From: the human T2T-CHM13v2.0 reference genome, Homo sapiens
Strand: one strand, 5' to 3'
Assembly (NCBI RefSeq): GCF_009914755.1
Contig: NC_060928.1
Length of the DNA stretch: 64,000 nt
Part shown: positions 60,070 through 64,000 of the stretch, piece by piece
Position numbering within the stretch: the first letter of the stretch is position 1
Layout: each line of letters opens with the position of its first letter
Notes under the pieces: model-generated
What the model saw: the letters and a program-made list of their open reading frames with translations, nothing else
The model's database searches: none
Told to the model about the DNA's origin: nothing
Translations under genes and position numbers: made by a program

Positions 60070-61126
60070 TCAGCACACTATTGACTCAGGGTGTGTCTTT
60101 GAGCAGGTCGTTCACTCTTTCACAGTCTCACGCTCACCTATCAAATGTGAGAGTTTAATCTGACAATATTTTATGATCTCTTTGTCTTCTGGTTTTAATA
60201 CTTTCATACCTCAATGCTTCCTGTTTGAAGTCTCATAAAGCAGAAAGTTATTGTTAGACAATGAAAAAAAATTTAAACGAGATATTTTATAGATGTGGCA
60301 GGAATAGGCTACTAAGCACCAATAACAACGTCCTATGGTTAATGTGGTTTTATTCCACATCTAAAAGCAGCCACCACAAAAAGGGAAAGAATCTAGACAT
60401 TTATAATTGTCTATTCAATGTCTGAGTGGAGCTGCTCTTTATTTGTAATAACAACTGTCTGATTTTCTGAGGCCACATTATGATGTCAGGAAGAAAAAGA
60501 ATTTTTAGAAGTCGCAAATTTAAAAGTGAAATTGTATGGTTCACACCAATCACTATAATCTCCAAAGACAGAAAAAAAGAGGCAAGAGGTTTTTTTCTTT
60601 CCTGATAGAAACTGTGCAAGCACAACAGTGCTCTTGGTAAGGGATCATTTATTCACACATAACCTCAACAAAGTGCATTTAAGCAAATGTCAGTTTTTCA
60701 ACTGCATGTTCATAGATGATCTTTTTTAACCTGTCACTCAATTTGTTTTGTCTCACTCTTGGAAGTTTAGAAATGTAATTTCTTTAATTGCTAAACTTTA
60801 CAAAGAATTATGAGCCCCAGTGAAATAATCATAAACAAGGAAGACCATGATCCAGACACATTAAACAACACTTTAAGCTTAAAACCAATAACATCATTCC
60901 CAAGCCCCCATTTCTGCCCAATAAAGTCACAAAGAGATGGTGTGGAGCAACTTTGCTTATAACTCAAAAATCAGAATGATGTGCCTGATAAAAACAACTA
61001 AATTACAAAGATCCAATAAAGCCCACTTAACTCATTCTTAACACGTCTGAACAACAGAGGCCTCTGAAATTACAACCAGAATGTTCAGACTTGTCACAGG
61101 AATTTTTAAAACCTCTCTTAAATAGC

Positions 61127-61211
61127 CTTACATGTTCTCAATATATAACTTTATGGCCTATTAGAAACTTACATGTTCTCAATATATAACTTTATGGCCT
61201 ATTAGAAACTT
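61127..61211. repeat. Perfect 41-bp tandem duplication
   Basis: cttacatgttctcaatatataactttatggcctattagaaa occurs twice, followed by ctt. Confidence 0.95.
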
Positions 61212-62827
61212 TTATTTTGCCACCTTACTGTCTTGCCATCTTGTAGAATTCTTATCTCCGGTCTTTAACACAGGAAACAGTCCCCCTCTCAAACCACTCC
61301 TGAGTTTGGTGTTATACTAACCTTAATAGTTTGAATAGCATTCACTTAAATCATTCTAATCACTTGCATTCTAGTTCTGTTCAAAGAAAAATCTTTCTCC
61401 CTTTAGCCTTGCAATGTAGGCCAGGGCATGTGGAAAGTCTATTGGATTATGGAAAATATGCCACAATCATTGATACAAAACTAAGAGAAGAGTAGAGAAA
61501 GAAATGTGAGCCATAACAAAAAAGCTTCATTTGTAGCACTCTCTCTCTCCTTCCAATGTCTTTTTACCTTAGTAAATGATTTGGGGTTCCTGGGGCCTAA
61601 TTATCTTCTTAGATATCAGATAATTTTAAATGTGTATATCCCAAGTACCATGCCAATTTATTTTAAAAGAATAAATTCCAGGTAAAAGCAATCCATCATG
61701 CTGTGGAAGACAGCACTGGGCCAGTATAACCAAATACAAATAGAAAACACACACACAGCCTCCAAACGTGTGTACTTCAGGCGTCTAAAAACAAACACCA
61801 AGAAGCTCTTTCTATTAGTGTCTTTGAACCAAAGTTATATACACACAAACAGCACTTTGCATGCTCAGGGCTAGAAAGTAATCAAAGGGAGTTGAAACCT
61901 AACAGTGAACTTCAACACAAATCAACACGCGGGTCAGAAGGACAGCAGTTTCCTCAGCAATTCATATAAGGCCTTTGGAGAAATATGGAAATTGATCTAC
62001 ATAAACAATTGAAACCTGCTGGGCTGTTTTTCTTCCCTTTAGAAACATTTGTTTCTAATTGTAAAACTAATTAAAGGTAAATCCACTCATTTCATGAAAT
62101 ATAGAAAAACATAAAAATGTATAGCTAAGAAAATAAAAATCACCTATAACCTCATCTCCCAGTAATTGGTTGTTATTTGTATATTTACTTCCAGTTATTT
62201 TTCTATCCCTTTCTTTCTCATCTGAATAGGTAAACTGCTTCTAGAATTTTTTTTAAGGAGTATAACTTATGGTTAGAGCTCAGACTCTGGAATCCAACAA
62301 AATCTGGTCACATTATGTCTTCATTTTGTAACGTTAGAGAAGTTATGTAACCTTTTTAAACCTTGTTTTTCTCACCTGTAAAATGAAGCAACAACATACA
62401 TTCAAAACTGACCTTATCAGGAAGAAATGAGATCGTGCCTCTAAAATTCACAGCATGGTGCCTAACATAAACACATGCCCCAGAAAGGTTTTGCTCTGAT
62501 GATTATTACATATATACATCACATAATCACATAATTCATCAGGCTTCAACTGACCTTTACCATTTCTTGAGCATTTACTGTGCACTAAGCACTGTTCTAG
62601 AACCTGCAGCTACATATATAAACAGATAAATGTCAAGTTTTTTGCTTTCATGGAGCTTACATTTCTACCAGGAGAAAGAGGCAAAAATTATGCAAAGAAA
62701 AAAAGCTATTTGGGATCATCTTGTATGTAGAGTTTGTCATAATTATTTCACTAAATATTATACTATAAATATTTTGTTTAATTATTTTTAAATAGTACCA
62801 CTTTAATTGTAATGCAATAATCTAGCC

Positions 62828-63160
62828 CAGTGATCAGCAAATTTTATAAAAGGCAGAGAGTAAATATTTTAGGTTTTGAGGGCCTAAAATATCACAACTA
62901 TTCAACTATGCAACCGTTCAACTCCAGTGTAGCCCAAAAGCAGTCATGGACAATATATAAACAAGTGGTTGTAACTATTCCATTAACATTTTATTGTGTA
63001 TGGTGAAACTTAAATTTCATATGAGTCTCAAGGGTTATAGCAATATCACTAATCTTTTGATTTTTGTCAATCATTTAAAATTATAGAGACTATTTTTAGT
63101 TCACAAAATAAAAATGGGCAGTGGGCCATTTTTGGCCTACAGGCTATACATTAACCCCTA
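62828..63160. mobile_element. MER58-like hAT element
   Basis: cagtgatcagcaaatttt...gtaaatattttaggttttg...tggcctacaggctata. Confidence 0.65.
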
Positions 63161-64000
63161 ATTTAGTTTATGGGTATGCTGTATGTCAGTCACCATTTCT
63201 CTATTTTAGATCACCAAATTTTTGGAATGATACATTTTCTATACTAATCATTAAAAAGGTGTCCTCAAACTGCCAAATAAAGTGTTCAGCTGATAAGTAT
63301 AATTGGTTTTCAATTAATAGCCTATGTTTTTCTCCCAATTCATCCATTTCCCCTCAGCAAAATATTTTGAATGCCAACTATCGCATAAAGACATTCTTTC
63401 CTGCCCTGCTAGAAATCAGTGCACCTCAGGAAAGGGGATTTCCAGAGAACAAGAAGAAAGCATGGTGAGCAGTAAGACAGACTGAGTCACAGATGGCTGT
63501 GGTTCCTTTCCACATACAGGCCTTCTTGCTACATATACGTGTGTGTGGCCCTTGCAGGTAATAATAGCAGTCAGCATAACTCCAGATCTCAGAGCAATGA
63601 GTACTACTGTTGAGGAGAATTCCACCTCTTTTAATATAAGGCTTTTGAAAGAATTAAATGAACCTGGATGGATTTGAAGAGATGACAGAAAAATTGCCTC
63701 TGAAAACAGGAAACTGGTTAAAGCAACTTACCCTGAAGTGTTTCAGAGATGAGAAGCATTCATCTCTCCACATTCAGGTTTGTCAAAATGATGCAGTACT
63801 GGACTCTCTAGAGAAATCTCAACAAGTGAAGAGATAAAATTCTGTCACAGTGGTGAGAAAGCGGGTTTTAAAAGATATGTGGGTGTTCATGTGAATTAAA
63901 GGTTATATAGCTGTCCTAAAAAATGAGACTTGCCAGGAAAGCTTCTTTTTTTCTGAAATCTGAATATTTCCGCTGAATTTGGTGCTCTCCCAAGTCGTTT

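Noticed and set aside
63720-63740. Strong minus-strand donor (CAGG|gtaagt) as an extra GASK1B exon
   Set aside because: No convincing matching acceptor or reading frame found nearby.

Overview
Primate genomic DNA, almost certainly human (it carries an AluYb8, a human-specific subfamily). It is AT-rich and repeat-dense, with no prokaryotic features. On the minus strand lie the last three coding exons of GASK1B/FAM198B (FAM20/Four-jointed-like Golgi kinase fold) at 59827-60041, 35014-35240 and 31635-31842. They splice in frame with canonical GT-AG sites and are followed by a ~2.8 kb 3'UTR; the 5' exons are outside the window. The rest is L1, Alu, L2, MIR, LTR and DNA-transposon fossils, named from memory of consensus sequences rather than a database search. 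The least explained structures are: (1) a ~2.7 kb complex insertion at ~9260-11990, made of two inverted copies of nearby upstream sequence joined by TA/CA microsatellites and followed by a ~1.8 kb palindrome-rich minisatellite that changes unit and orientation; (2) an isolated ~132-nt near-perfect hairpin in a GASK1B intron (45532-45663); (3) an apparent Asp-to-Asn change at the predicted catalytic base of GASK1B; and (4) a 5'-inverted L1 with a ~1.25 kb gap, plus an AluYb8 whose target-site duplication abuts the 5' end of an older Alu. I see no evidence for a new multi-gene system; most short ORFs in the track are repeat artefacts.
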